DNA from: an uncultured Chlamydiae bacterium
GTDB taxonomy: Bacteria > Chlamydiota > Chlamydiia > Chlamydiales > SM23-39
DNA: 64,000 nucleotides
Direction: 5' to 3'
NCBI GenBank assembly: GCA_903893545.1
Contig: CAITMJ010000031.1
Coordinates: forward strand, 7,032 to 71,031
Shown here: positions 17,502 to 26,845 of the stretch, piece by piece
Layout of the letters: each line of letters opens with the position of its first letter
Position numbering within the stretch: position 1 is the stretch's first letter
The notes under the pieces: generated by a model
Told to the model about the DNA's origin: nothing
Database searches by the model: none
What the model saw: only the letters and a program-made list of their open reading frames with translations
Made by a program: the position numbers and the translations under genes

Positions 17502-18060
17502 TCTTCTTCGCGATCACAACCGCGACCTCATTCATGCGCGCAAGAGGACGTATAGAGTCTGGAATTGCGATATCAGAGAGGCGTTTGGACCCAGCGACGT
17601 CTAGATCGCGAATATCGAGTTCGAATTCTTGAGGGATGTTTCTTGGCAAGCAAGAGACTTTCATCGTGCGGATGATCTGACGGACAAATCCACCGAGCTT
17701 AACCCCTACGCATTCCGCTAATCCAGAAATCTGGATCGGGACGTTGACCGTTACTTCTCGATCCTCTTCCAAGACTGCAAAGTCGATATGCAAAATGGAG
17801 TAATTTGCAACGTGGTACTGAATGTCTTTAATGATTGCTTGATGAGTCTTCTTTCCATCGTGCAATTCGAACTTCATCGTGCCCAAAAGGCCGCTTTTCA
17901 AGTTGCGCAAAATCGTCTGAATCTCTTCGCCTTTAATCCAGATCGATTCGTTTTCACGTCCTTGGCCATAAAGAATGCCCGGAATATTTCCCTCGCGGCG
18001 AATTTTCTTCGTCTCGCTCGTTTTAAGGTCTTTTCTTGGATACACTGTCAATTTCTTCAT
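17494..18060 (-). CDS. rplY: 50S ribosomal protein L25 / Ctc
   Basis: KKIRREGNIPGILYGQG, with two-domain Ctc length. Confidence 0.85.
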   Translation of the reverse strand: MKKLTVYPRKDLKTSETKKIRREGNIPGILYGQGRENESIWIKGEEIQTILRNLKSGLLGTMKFELHDGKKTHQAIIKDIQYHVANYSILHIDFAVLEEDREVTVNVPIQISGLAECVGVKLGGFVRQIIRTMKVSCLPRNIPQEFELDIRDLDVAGSKRLSDIAIPDSIRPLARMNEVAVVIAKKSG

Positions 18061-19003
18061 AATTTTCCTCTAAATCAGCTGTAAATAGCGAAGATATGGA
18101 CTTCGCATGGACCACGCAATCGATAGCTTGGGCAAAAAGCGGCGCAGTCGAAATGCTCTTTACACCGCGTAAATCCTGTGGAATCGTATCGGTCACATAG
18201 ACCTCTTCGATCCCGCTATCTTCCAATGCCTCTTTGGCAAAAAGAGCGTGGGTCACAGCAGCACGGATGCTTTGTGCCCCTTCTTTCCGGCAAGCTAGCG
18301 CCGCGCTCCTCAGCGTCTTCCCCGTCGAGCAAATATCATCGACGAGAAGGACATTTTTGCCACTCACATCGCCGATGATCGCGCTGGTTTCAACACAATC
18401 AGCTCCGATGCGGCGCTTGTCGACGATTGCAAGGTCGACATTTAAATCTTCTGCAAATTTTCTCGCCATCTTGTTGCTGCCAACATCGGGCGATACAACA
18501 ATGAGGTTTTTCAACGCGAGCTTTTTGAACGTTCTTACGAACAGGGGTCTGGCATACAGGTGATCTACTGGAATATCGAAAAAGCCTTGGATCTGATCCG
18601 TGTGCAAGTCCATTGTAAGAACTCGCGTTGCGCCGGCTTTTTCCAGCAAATTGGCTACTAACTTAGCCGTGATCGGCACTCGAGGCTTCTCTTTGCGGTC
18701 CTGTCTTGCATACGCAAAATAAGGCAACACTAAAGAGATGCTGCGCGCCGACGCGCGTTTGAACGCGTCCACCATAATCAACAGTTCCATGAGGTAGTGG
18801 TTTGGCCGCCTCGCCCCTGACTGGACGATAAAGACATCTTTGCCTCGCACATTCTCTTGGATCTGGATGCCGATTTCCCCATCTGGGAACGTTTCCCTAA
18901 GAATCTTGCCTAAAGAAGCTCCAAGTTCGCTCGCTATGCCCCTGGCCAGCCCCTCATGGGAAGACCCGGAAAACAGTACAAACGAGCCGTCTTTCTGTAT
19001 CAT
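18023..19003 (-). CDS. prs: Ribose-phosphate pyrophosphokinase
   Basis: FSGSSHEGLARGIASELG...FPDGE, the PRPP loop VLLVDDICSTGKTL and YFAYARQDRK. Confidence 0.9.
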   Translation of the reverse strand: MIQKDGSFVLFSGSSHEGLARGIASELGASLGKILRETFPDGEIGIQIQENVRGKDVFIVQSGARRPNHYLMELLIMVDAFKRASARSISLVLPYFAYARQDRKEKPRVPITAKLVANLLEKAGATRVLTMDLHTDQIQGFFDIPVDHLYARPLFVRTFKKLALKNLIVVSPDVGSNKMARKFAEDLNVDLAIVDKRRIGADCVETSAIIGDVSGKNVLLVDDICSTGKTLRSAALACRKEGAQSIRAAVTHALFAKEALEDSGIEEVYVTDTIPQDLRGVKSISTAPLFAQAIDCVVHAKSISSLFTADLEENYEEIDSVSKKRP

Positions 19004-19024
19004 TACTGGCTCAGTTCTTAGAAG

Positions 19025-19096
<72 letters not shown>

Positions 19097-19229
19097 CCAA
19101 ATTTTCGCTCGGTGAGAAAATTTAAACAGCTGCTATGTTAGCAACTCCTGGAAATTCTTTGCAAGATTTTCGATGATTTTCGATTTTGCCAATTCTTTTT
19201 TTTAGCTCTTCCACGTATACAAAGGGGAT

Positions 19230-20675
19230 ATGCGCATTGTCCATATCACTGCTGAATTTGCTCCTTTGGCCAAATCGGGCGGCCTCGGAGATGTCTTGGT
19301 CGGCCTTTGCCGAGAGCTAACGCTCCAGGGAAAAGAAGTAGAAGTCATTATGCCCAAATATGACTTTATTTCCCCCCATTTATTGGCTCATCTCCGACAA
19401 GAAATAGATTTTACCGCTCCTGAGTGGGAACACAAAATCGCCAATACGATGTGGTCGGCAGAGGTGGAAGACTGCCACCTTCACCTTCTCGAGATGCGCC
19501 ATCCAAAAAATTATTTTCATCGAGGGCGGATTTATGGCTTCGAAGACGACGTCCCTCGCTTTATCTACTTTGCAAGGGCCATCCTCGAATACCTCAAAAT
19601 CTCTTCCAAGCCCATCGATATCCTTCATCTTCACGACTGGCACGCTGCCGCTCTAGCCCCCCTTCTTCGGGAGATCTACCGAGAGATTCCAGTCAAAGCG
19701 ATCGTCCTCTCAATTCATAATCTAGAATACCAGGGTCAATGCTCAGTCCACGACCTTGCGGCCATCGGGCTCCAAAAAGAGCAGATTACCCACCTTCAAA
19801 CCGGCTCCCACTACAATCTCTTGAAAGGAGCCATTCATTATGCCGACGCCATCGCCGCCGTCTCCCCCACCTACGCACAAGAAATTCTGACCCCGGAGTA
19901 TGGATTTGGACTCGACGAAACCCTTCGAAAGCATAAGAATAAACTGACTGGCATCTTAAACGGCATCGACATGAAACTCTGGGACCCTTCCAGCGACCCT
20001 GCTTTAGCCGCTCACTATTCGGCAAGCAATCCGATACCCAAAATCTTAGCGGCAAAAAAAACGAACAAAAAACGGCTCAATCTTAAAAATGACGACGCCC
20101 CCTGGTTCGGAGCTATCACCCGCCTCGTCCCGCAAAAAGGGCCAAAGCTCCTCGAGGCTGCGCTAAAAGAGGTTATCCATCAAAACGGCGTCTTTGTCCT
20201 TCTTGGCTCCTCGCCAATCCCAGAAATCCAACATCACTTTGAAGCACTCAAAAAAACATACGCCGACCATCCACAAGTCCTACTTCACCTCGATTACGAT
20301 GAAACCCTTGCGCATCAGCTCTACGCCGCGCTCGATTTCCTCATCGTCCCCTCCCATTTTGAGCCCTGCGGCCTTACCCAATTGATCGCCATGCATTATG
20401 GCACAGTTCCCATCGTCCGCTCCACCGGTGGACTCAAGGATACCGTCTTCGACTGCGATGATCCCCGTGCCCCTAAAGAAAAACGGAACGGTTTTGTCTT
20501 CTCCGAACCCAAACCAGAACCCCTAATAGCGGCCATTCACCGCGCCCTCAAAAACCATCAAACCAATCCCGCTGCGCATCAGCTCCTCATCAAAAACGGA
20601 ATGCTCACAGACTTTAGCTGGAAAAAACCAGCTAAGGAATACTTAGCCCTATATGCTCAGGTTACAAGGAAGTAA
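19230..20675 (+). CDS. glgA: Glycogen synthase
   Basis: MRIVHITAEFAPLAKSGGLGDV and C-terminal VPSHFEPCGLTQL. Confidence 0.9.
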   Translation: MRIVHITAEFAPLAKSGGLGDVLVGLCRELTLQGKEVEVIMPKYDFISPHLLAHLRQEIDFTAPEWEHKIANTMWSAEVEDCHLHLLEMRHPKNYFHRGRIYGFEDDVPRFIYFARAILEYLKISSKPIDILHLHDWHAAALAPLLREIYREIPVKAIVLSIHNLEYQGQCSVHDLAAIGLQKEQITHLQTGSHYNLLKGAIHYADAIAAVSPTYAQEILTPEYGFGLDETLRKHKNKLTGILNGIDMKLWDPSSDPALAAHYSASNPIPKILAAKKTNKKRLNLKNDDAPWFGAITRLVPQKGPKLLEAALKEVIHQNGVFVLLGSSPIPEIQHHFEALKKTYADHPQVLLHLDYDETLAHQLYAALDFLIVPSHFEPCGLTQLIAMHYGTVPIVRSTGGLKDTVFDCDDPRAPKEKRNGFVFSEPKPEPLIAAIHRALKNHQTNPAAHQLLIKNGMLTDFSWKKPAKEYLALYAQVTRK

Positions 20676-20704
20676 TAATAGAATAGACAGTCGGGATGTT
20701 ACGA

Positions 20705-21289
20705 TTATTCCAATGCCTTTTTAATGTAGCTGCGGTTGGAATAGAAGTAGTCGATAGCGGAAAAAGCAGTATAGATCGCGGAAATGGAGACTGCAAAAAG
20801 ACTGATCTTCTGAAAAAGTTCTAAAGAGAGCTTCCCCGTCGTATAGGGAATCATTAGGCCAAGGATCAAAAAGGCGACCAACGCCTGAAGAATGGCTTTT
20901 ACCTTGCCGCTCCATCTCGCAGCCAAAGCTACTCCCCGTAAAGCGCAGAGCGTCCGAAGCGTGCTGATAAAAAAATCTCTATATAAGAAAACAAGCACAA
21001 TCAAGAGGGGAAGCTGAACAAATCCTTGGGTAAAGGTAAGAAACAAGGAGATGTGGGTGATGCTATCGGCCATCGGATCGAGAACTTTACCAAGATCCGT
21101 CACCTGGTTGCGACGCCGCGCTAGAAAGCCATCGAAAATATCTGAAAATTCACTCACGATTAAAAAAACAAGCATTACATAGGGAAGCGAGGTGAGGGAA
21201 ATGCCGAGAGACTCTCTCCCCAAATACAAAATCGGGAAAAGCGGACTCAAAAAAATTCGTAGGAACGTGAAAAAATGTGCTAAATTCAT
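20705..21289 (-). CDS. pgsA: CDP-diacylglycerol--glycerol-3-phosphate 3-phosphatidyltransferase
   Basis: CDP-alcohol phosphatidyltransferase signature DGFLARRRNQVTDLGKVLDPMADS, with a multi-TM profile. Confidence 0.85.
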   Translation of the reverse strand: MNLAHFFTFLRIFLSPLFPILYLGRESLGISLTSLPYVMLVFLIVSEFSDIFDGFLARRRNQVTDLGKVLDPMADSITHISLFLTFTQGFVQLPLLIVLVFLYRDFFISTLRTLCALRGVALAARWSGKVKAILQALVAFLILGLMIPYTTGKLSLELFQKISLFAVSISAIYTAFSAIDYFYSNRSYIKKALE

Positions 21290-21421
21290 TCAAAACTTTT
21301 TCTATGAGAGACTAAAACAGGACTCATTATTTATTCAACTCCCATCATTTTTTTGCCGACGATGAAAAAAAAATTATCCCTTATTCCCGAAAAATGAATA
21401 TACTCCACGCCCGTCCAAGCC

Positions 21422-22819
21422 ATGGGGAAAGATATGAGCTCCATTATTAATTTTCTAAAAGATAGTCATGGTCAGTTTTTATTCAAAGATGAAGATACGC
21501 CAAACTCAAAGCAAGAAGATCCTCGACCTTCTCCTTTCCGAATGCTTTCAGACCAGAGCCTTTCTTCCAATAATCGGAACTCTCCATCTCCGATGCTTTC
21601 AGTATCATCTGTGTCCCCGACACCTTCCAGTCTAATACCTCGCTCCCCTCCCTTAACGCCTTATCGCGTTACAAATGACAAGGGAGACGTTCTTCATGAA
21701 AGCATCACCTCTCTGCAAGCGCTTGAACTTTATAGAGCAAAACGGGCAAACAGCCTATTGCTTGAAAAAAAACAAAAAAAAGAGGCAGAGCTGGTCAAGG
21801 CGCGAGGACAACTCGTTAGTTTTATAGAGCAGTGCAACGCAAATACAGTGAGTCAAGCTACACTGATCGACGATCTTAAAAGAAAAATCGATCAATTCGC
21901 AATCGCTGTAAATGCTGGCGTAGCGCGCTTCCCAAATGATTTGGATGTAGTTTACCAAGCGCTACTATACGCATCTCTATCTTTAACAAGAAAAGAACTG
22001 GACAATACCCTCCATTCATCTATGATCGTCTCTATTTTAAACACCTGTAGCCGTACCATCTCCTATGACACTCTTTGTACTTGGAAAACCAAAATAGTAG
22101 ATATTCATTCAAAAAAACATATCATGGACACAACCTCAAAACTTCAAGCTTTTACAAAGAGCTGCTTTTTACGGATAGTAAACCCAGATACGGCAATAGA
22201 AACGCTTCGAACAAACGTCGACAATTACATAACAGCCAACAAAAGTAATAAACCGCTATTTTCTCTCGATGAATCACTGCCTATCTATAACGCAGTATCG
22301 CTCACAGCTACCTTCTTACTGCTCAAAGAGCCAGATACTTCTAAACATTCATCCATCATCGATTCTGTTTTAACAATTTACGATAACAGTCCATACCGAG
22401 AATTCATGAAACAGCGAATAGAGACCAATTTCTCCGTCACTCAAGCAAAGATCTCTACGAAATCGAAAAAACCTGAACCGCCTGAGGACTTAGGAGACCT
22501 CCTTGTAAACATCCAAACAATCACCAAACACTGTCTAAACGGTGAAGATTTTGGAGCTGATCTTGTCCCTTATCTCCATCAACAAATAGAAAAATATGAA
22601 AAAAGGCATCAAGTCAATAAACCTAACTTTTCCATAGAAAGCTCTAAAGCCGTATGCCAGGCATTATCTGCCGTCATCGTCTATTTCTGTAAAAAATCAA
22701 AAGTTGAGGATCCGATCTTTCGAGAAGTTACTGCCGATCAGGTATTGGAGATTTGCATTGGGAAAATGAGTAGAGAGAAGATCGAGGAATTGAAAAAGAA
22801 AAGCTTAGAGCTTTTGTAG
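21422..22819 (+). CDS. Orphan protein: Ser/Pro-rich N-terminus plus three ~100-aa internal repeats
   Basis: 465-aa ORF, AT-rich, with no motif I recognise. The repeats align by eye (see finding). Confidence 0.65.
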   Translation: MGKDMSSIINFLKDSHGQFLFKDEDTPNSKQEDPRPSPFRMLSDQSLSSNNRNSPSPMLSVSSVSPTPSSLIPRSPPLTPYRVTNDKGDVLHESITSLQALELYRAKRANSLLLEKKQKKEAELVKARGQLVSFIEQCNANTVSQATLIDDLKRKIDQFAIAVNAGVARFPNDLDVVYQALLYASLSLTRKELDNTLHSSMIVSILNTCSRTISYDTLCTWKTKIVDIHSKKHIMDTTSKLQAFTKSCFLRIVNPDTAIETLRTNVDNYITANKSNKPLFSLDESLPIYNAVSLTATFLLLKEPDTSKHSSIIDSVLTIYDNSPYREFMKQRIETNFSVTQAKISTKSKKPEPPEDLGDLLVNIQTITKHCLNGEDFGADLVPYLHQQIEKYEKRHQVNKPNFSIESSKAVCQALSAVIVYFCKKSKVEDPIFREVTADQVLEICIGKMSREKIEELKKKSLELL

Positions 22820-23836
22820 AGCGAGCTGTCCGCAGGCGGCGGCAATATCCTTGCCTTTTGTATAGCGCCAGGTCGTGTTGATCCCCGCCTCGACTAAAGC
22901 TTCTTTAAAGGCGACAATGGTATCTGCCTCTGGCCGCTTTAGGTGGAGACCATCGACGGGATTATAGGGAATTAGATTGACGGTGCACTGCTTGCCCTTG
23001 AGAAGAGTTGCAAGTTCATCCGCATGCTCCATCCGATCATTAATGCCGGCAAGAAGGGTGTATTCATACGTGATGTCCCGCTTGGTCTCTTTTCCATATT
23101 CATCCATAGCGAGGAGAATTTCTTCGAGCGGGTATTTACGGGCGTAGGGAATGATCTTTTTGCGCAAATGTTGGTTGGGAGCGTGCAGAGACAAAACGAG
23201 ATTGACGTGAAGATCCTCTTTGGAAAGCCTTTTAATCCCCTCGACAACGCCGACGGTGGAAATGGTGATGCGCCGCTGAGAGATCTGGAATGCCGCCGGG
23301 TCGTTAAAAAGGCTGACCGCTTTTAGAACAGCGTCGTAATTTTCCATCGGCTCACCCATGCCCATAAAGACGATGTGGCAGACCCTCTCCCCGATTTTTT
23401 TCAGTTGCCGGTCAATGTGGAGAACCTGTTCGACAATCTCGGCCGGGGTTAAATTGCGAAGGAGCCCCTCTTTGCCGGAAGCGCAAAAAGCGCACCTGGC
23501 AGGACAACCAACTTGGCAAGAAACGCAGACCGTGCGCCGGTCATGCGAGCGGATCAGAACCGATTCGACGAGCTTTTGGTCGGCCAATTGCCACAAAAAT
23601 TTTGTTGTCTCCCCATCTTCAGAATCGATCTGGCGAACCAGCTTCAATGAGGGAAAAGAGAGCGATTCAGAAAGCTTTGTTCGAAAATCCTTGGCAAGGT
23701 TTGTCATGTCAGCAAAGCTTTCGGCCCCTTTTTGATAGACCCAATCAAACACCTGCGCAGCGCGGAACGGTTTCTCGCCCTGCTCTGCGATCCAGGTTTT
23801 CAATTCTTCTAGGTTGAGTGAACAAAGTTCTTGCAT
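22805..23836 (-). CDS. rlmN: 23S rRNA/tRNA (adenine-C2)-methyltransferase RlmN (radical SAM)
   Basis: CVSCQVGCPARCAFCASG, GMGEPMENYD and the C-terminal DIAAACGQL. Confidence 0.9.
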   Translation of the reverse strand: MQELCSLNLEELKTWIAEQGEKPFRAAQVFDWVYQKGAESFADMTNLAKDFRTKLSESLSFPSLKLVRQIDSEDGETTKFLWQLADQKLVESVLIRSHDRRTVCVSCQVGCPARCAFCASGKEGLLRNLTPAEIVEQVLHIDRQLKKIGERVCHIVFMGMGEPMENYDAVLKAVSLFNDPAAFQISQRRITISTVGVVEGIKRLSKEDLHVNLVLSLHAPNQHLRKKIIPYARKYPLEEILLAMDEYGKETKRDITYEYTLLAGINDRMEHADELATLLKGKQCTVNLIPYNPVDGLHLKRPEADTIVAFKEALVEAGINTTWRYTKGKDIAAACGQLALQKL

Positions 23837-23905
23837 AAGGCCCTAGAGCTTACCAGATTTCTCATTTGTCGATAAACCCTTTTCTAGGTATAAAAATATT
23901 TAACG

Positions 23906-24400
23906 ATGTTTAAAAGCCGATTTCTCCATTTTTTCTCGAAATTCTACGGGTATTTCGTCTCTGTAGGCTCTAACCTTCAAAGCTTATTTTTACTCTGGAT
24001 GCGTCTGACCTGGGGGCATCAATTTTTTCTTGTAGGCCTTGGAAAGCTCGCAACCATTGACCAGGTGACAACCTACTTCTCAAGTCTTGGCATTCCCCAC
24101 TCCCATTTTTACGCCTGTCTTGTCGCCTTTATTGAGATCATCGGCGGCCTCCTCCTCATCGCCGGCTTTGCTTCTAGGATCGCTGGGCTTGTCTGCGCTT
24201 TCACGATGATCACAGCGATTGGCACCGCACACTCCTCGATCCTCTCTCATTTCCGCTTTCTCTTCGACCCTTCCGCATTTGTGGGAGAAGCTCCCTATCC
24301 GTTCCTCATGACCTCATTGCTGATCTTTATCTTTGGGCCCGGCCGTATCTCCATCGATGGCTGGATCAAACGATGGTCCGAAAGACAACCAAAATACTAA
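23906..24400 (+). CDS. DoxX family membrane protein
   Basis: Four TM helices, with FIEIIGGLLLIAGFASRIAGL typical of DoxX. Confidence 0.7.
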   Translation: MFKSRFLHFFSKFYGYFVSVGSNLQSLFLLWMRLTWGHQFFLVGLGKLATIDQVTTYFSSLGIPHSHFYACLVAFIEIIGGLLLIAGFASRIAGLVCAFTMITAIGTAHSSILSHFRFLFDPSAFVGEAPYPFLMTSLLIFIFGPGRISIDGWIKRWSERQPKY

Positions 24401-24442
24401 GATTGTCTTAAATCTTATTGATCTGTAGAATCCTCATTCTCT

Positions 24443-25828
24443 ATGTCTACAAAAAACATACAAGATACTCTCAAGCCAATTGTTGCGCTCGCCAAGCGCC
24501 GCGGATTTGTCTATCCGGGATCGGAGATTTACGGCGGCTTTGCCAATACCTATTCCTTCGGCCCTTACGGCGTAGAATTAAAGAAAAACGTCAAAGATCT
24601 TTGGTGGAAAACATTTGTCCATGAAAGACGCGATATGGTTGGCCTCGACGGCCCGATTCTCCTGCACCCAAAAGCGTGGAAAGCCTCTGGCCACTTAGAA
24701 GGGTTTAACGACGCTCTCATCGATTGCAAAGCATGCAAGGGGCGCTTTCGCTGCGACCACCTGATTGAAGAGACCCTGCAGCTCAATGCCGATGGCCTCT
24801 CCGTTCAACAAATGAACGATCTTGTCACAAAAAACAAAGTCAAATGCCCCAAGTGCGGCGCGCAAGATTTCACAGAAGCTAGACACTTCAATCTCATGTT
24901 CCACACGCATATGAGCAAGACCGGATCCGACGGAGACGTCGCCTATCTTCGCCCAGAAACTGCGCAGGCGATCTTCCTCGATTTTCGCAATATCACCGAC
25001 ACCATGCGAGTGCGCGTCCCCTTCGGCGTTGGGCAGATCGGCAAAGCGTTCCGCAATGAAATCACCCCTGGAAACTTCATCTTCCGCGTGGTCGAATTCG
25101 AGCAAATGGAAATTGAATACTTTATCCGAGAAAACGCCTGGGAAAAAACCTTTGAAGCGTGGCTCCAAGATATGCATAAGTGGTGCAAATTGATCGGCCT
25201 TAGCCCTTCACGCGTCCACGAAAAAGAACATCCAAAAGAACAACTCTCCCACTACTCGAAACGAACTGTCGATCTCGTCTATGATTTTCCCTTTGGAACC
25301 TCAGAGCTCTATGGCCTAGCTTACCGCACTGACTTCGACCTAAAGCGGCACGCTGAATTTTCCGGTCAAAACCTCGAGTACACCGACCCGGAAACCAGAG
25401 AAAAGTTCATCCCTCACGTGATCGAGCCTACCTTTGGCGTCGAGCGGACCGTCCTTGCCCTTCTTTGCGATGCCTACGACTGCGAGACCCTTGAAAATGG
25501 CGAAGAGCGCACAGTCCTCCACTTCCACCCGCGCATTGCGCCGGTCAAAGTTGCCGTCTTTCCTCTCATGAAAAAAGAGCCTCTCGTAGAAAAAGCCATG
25601 CACGTCTTCAAAAAACTGCAAAAGCTCTGGCTCTGCGAGTACGACGAAGGGGGCGCCATCGGCAAGCGCTACCGCCGCCAAGACGAACTCGGAACGCCCT
25701 TTTGCCTCACCATCGATTTCGATACGCTAGAGAACGACACCGTCACCCTCCGCGATCGGGACTCGATGAAGCAAGAACGAGTCCCCATCAACCAACTCAT
25801 CGATCTTTTAAGCGAAAAACTCATCTAG
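24443..25828 (+). CDS. glyQS: Glycine--tRNA ligase, homodimeric (alpha2) class II type
   Basis: LAKRRGFVYPGSEIYGGFANTYSFGPYGVELKKN, FRNEITP and the 461-aa length are typical of GlyQS. Confidence 0.9.
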   Translation: MSTKNIQDTLKPIVALAKRRGFVYPGSEIYGGFANTYSFGPYGVELKKNVKDLWWKTFVHERRDMVGLDGPILLHPKAWKASGHLEGFNDALIDCKACKGRFRCDHLIEETLQLNADGLSVQQMNDLVTKNKVKCPKCGAQDFTEARHFNLMFHTHMSKTGSDGDVAYLRPETAQAIFLDFRNITDTMRVRVPFGVGQIGKAFRNEITPGNFIFRVVEFEQMEIEYFIRENAWEKTFEAWLQDMHKWCKLIGLSPSRVHEKEHPKEQLSHYSKRTVDLVYDFPFGTSELYGLAYRTDFDLKRHAEFSGQNLEYTDPETREKFIPHVIEPTFGVERTVLALLCDAYDCETLENGEERTVLHFHPRIAPVKVAVFPLMKKEPLVEKAMHVFKKLQKLWLCEYDEGGAIGKRYRRQDELGTPFCLTIDFDTLENDTVTLRDRDSMKQERVPINQLIDLLSEKLI

Positions 25829-25924
25829 CTGGTGAATTAATCCCCAACTGCCTATAGTCGTCCCCCAATTAGCTCGACTTTTCTCCCTTTTCAGGGCTAA
25901 AGGCCTCGAGATTAGGGGTTTTTT

Positions 25925-26845
25925 ATGAATATTATTGTTGGCGTCCTTGTCTCGACCGCTATCAATGGCTTGATCGGACTTCTCTTTCCGCAAGAGAAAC
26001 GCCTCAACGGCATGAACCTAGAAGACTTTTTGAAAATCGCTTCCCATGAGTTCTGCGAGCGGGTAGAAACCGTCGTGCGCGCTGCATTGAAAGAGCTACA
26101 ACTATCCGATATCCGAAGTAAAACCGGCGCTGCTTGTGAACATTTTGCAAGATACATACGTACAGGCGAGAATCAGTATCTAGCAAATGCTGAGGAGCGC
26201 ATCATCGATGCAAGCGCTATTTCCCAAGAAGCAATAAAGTCTCTTTTAACCAAGCAAACATTCCCTGATCAACCCGATAAAAAAGCTGAACAGGTGACTT
26301 TCTATTTGAATGCGCTAAAAGCGTCCATCATCGCTTTAAAGGCCTTTGCCTCCTTGGAACTCGTGATTTTATCCTTTCGCGCTGTCGCCTCCCCCGAATT
26401 GCGCACAACCATCCAACAGAAAATTCATACCTACAAAGGCCTAGCAGACCAATTAGCCGATGCGTATTTACAATCGCAGAAAGAACGGTATGCGCTAACA
26501 ATTGGTTTTGAGGAAAAAGAAATCCTAAGAGGTAGTAATGCTCTTTACTGTGCCGGTTACGAGTTCACAGCATGGAGAACCATCCATTTAGATGGGATTC
26601 AAAAACTAACGATTAGAGGCAGTGAATATATAGAAGCTGTTGGAGGGCGCCCTAAGCACACAGATCTACTCCAGAAGGCGGCCGACGCCTTACAACAGCG
26701 GGTCAACCAAGAAACACAACGCTATTGTGTAACAGATGAAACACAAGACTTTTATTATCAAGCGCACTCCTTCATATATCTAGAGGATAACAATATCCTG
26801 GAAGCCAAAAGAACATGGGAAGCTCTCAATGACGCCTACAATTAA
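25925..26845 (+). CDS. Orphan protein with N-terminal hydrophobic Gly-rich helix and helical body
   Basis: 306-aa ORF with a purine-rich AGGGG 7 nt upstream of the ATG. N-terminus is MNIIVGVLVSTAINGLIGLLFPQ. Confidence 0.6.
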   Translation: MNIIVGVLVSTAINGLIGLLFPQEKRLNGMNLEDFLKIASHEFCERVETVVRAALKELQLSDIRSKTGAACEHFARYIRTGENQYLANAEERIIDASAISQEAIKSLLTKQTFPDQPDKKAEQVTFYLNALKASIIALKAFASLELVILSFRAVASPELRTTIQQKIHTYKGLADQLADAYLQSQKERYALTIGFEEKEILRGSNALYCAGYEFTAWRTIHLDGIQKLTIRGSEYIEAVGGRPKHTDLLQKAADALQQRVNQETQRYCVTDETQDFYYQAHSFIYLEDNNILEAKRTWEALNDAYN

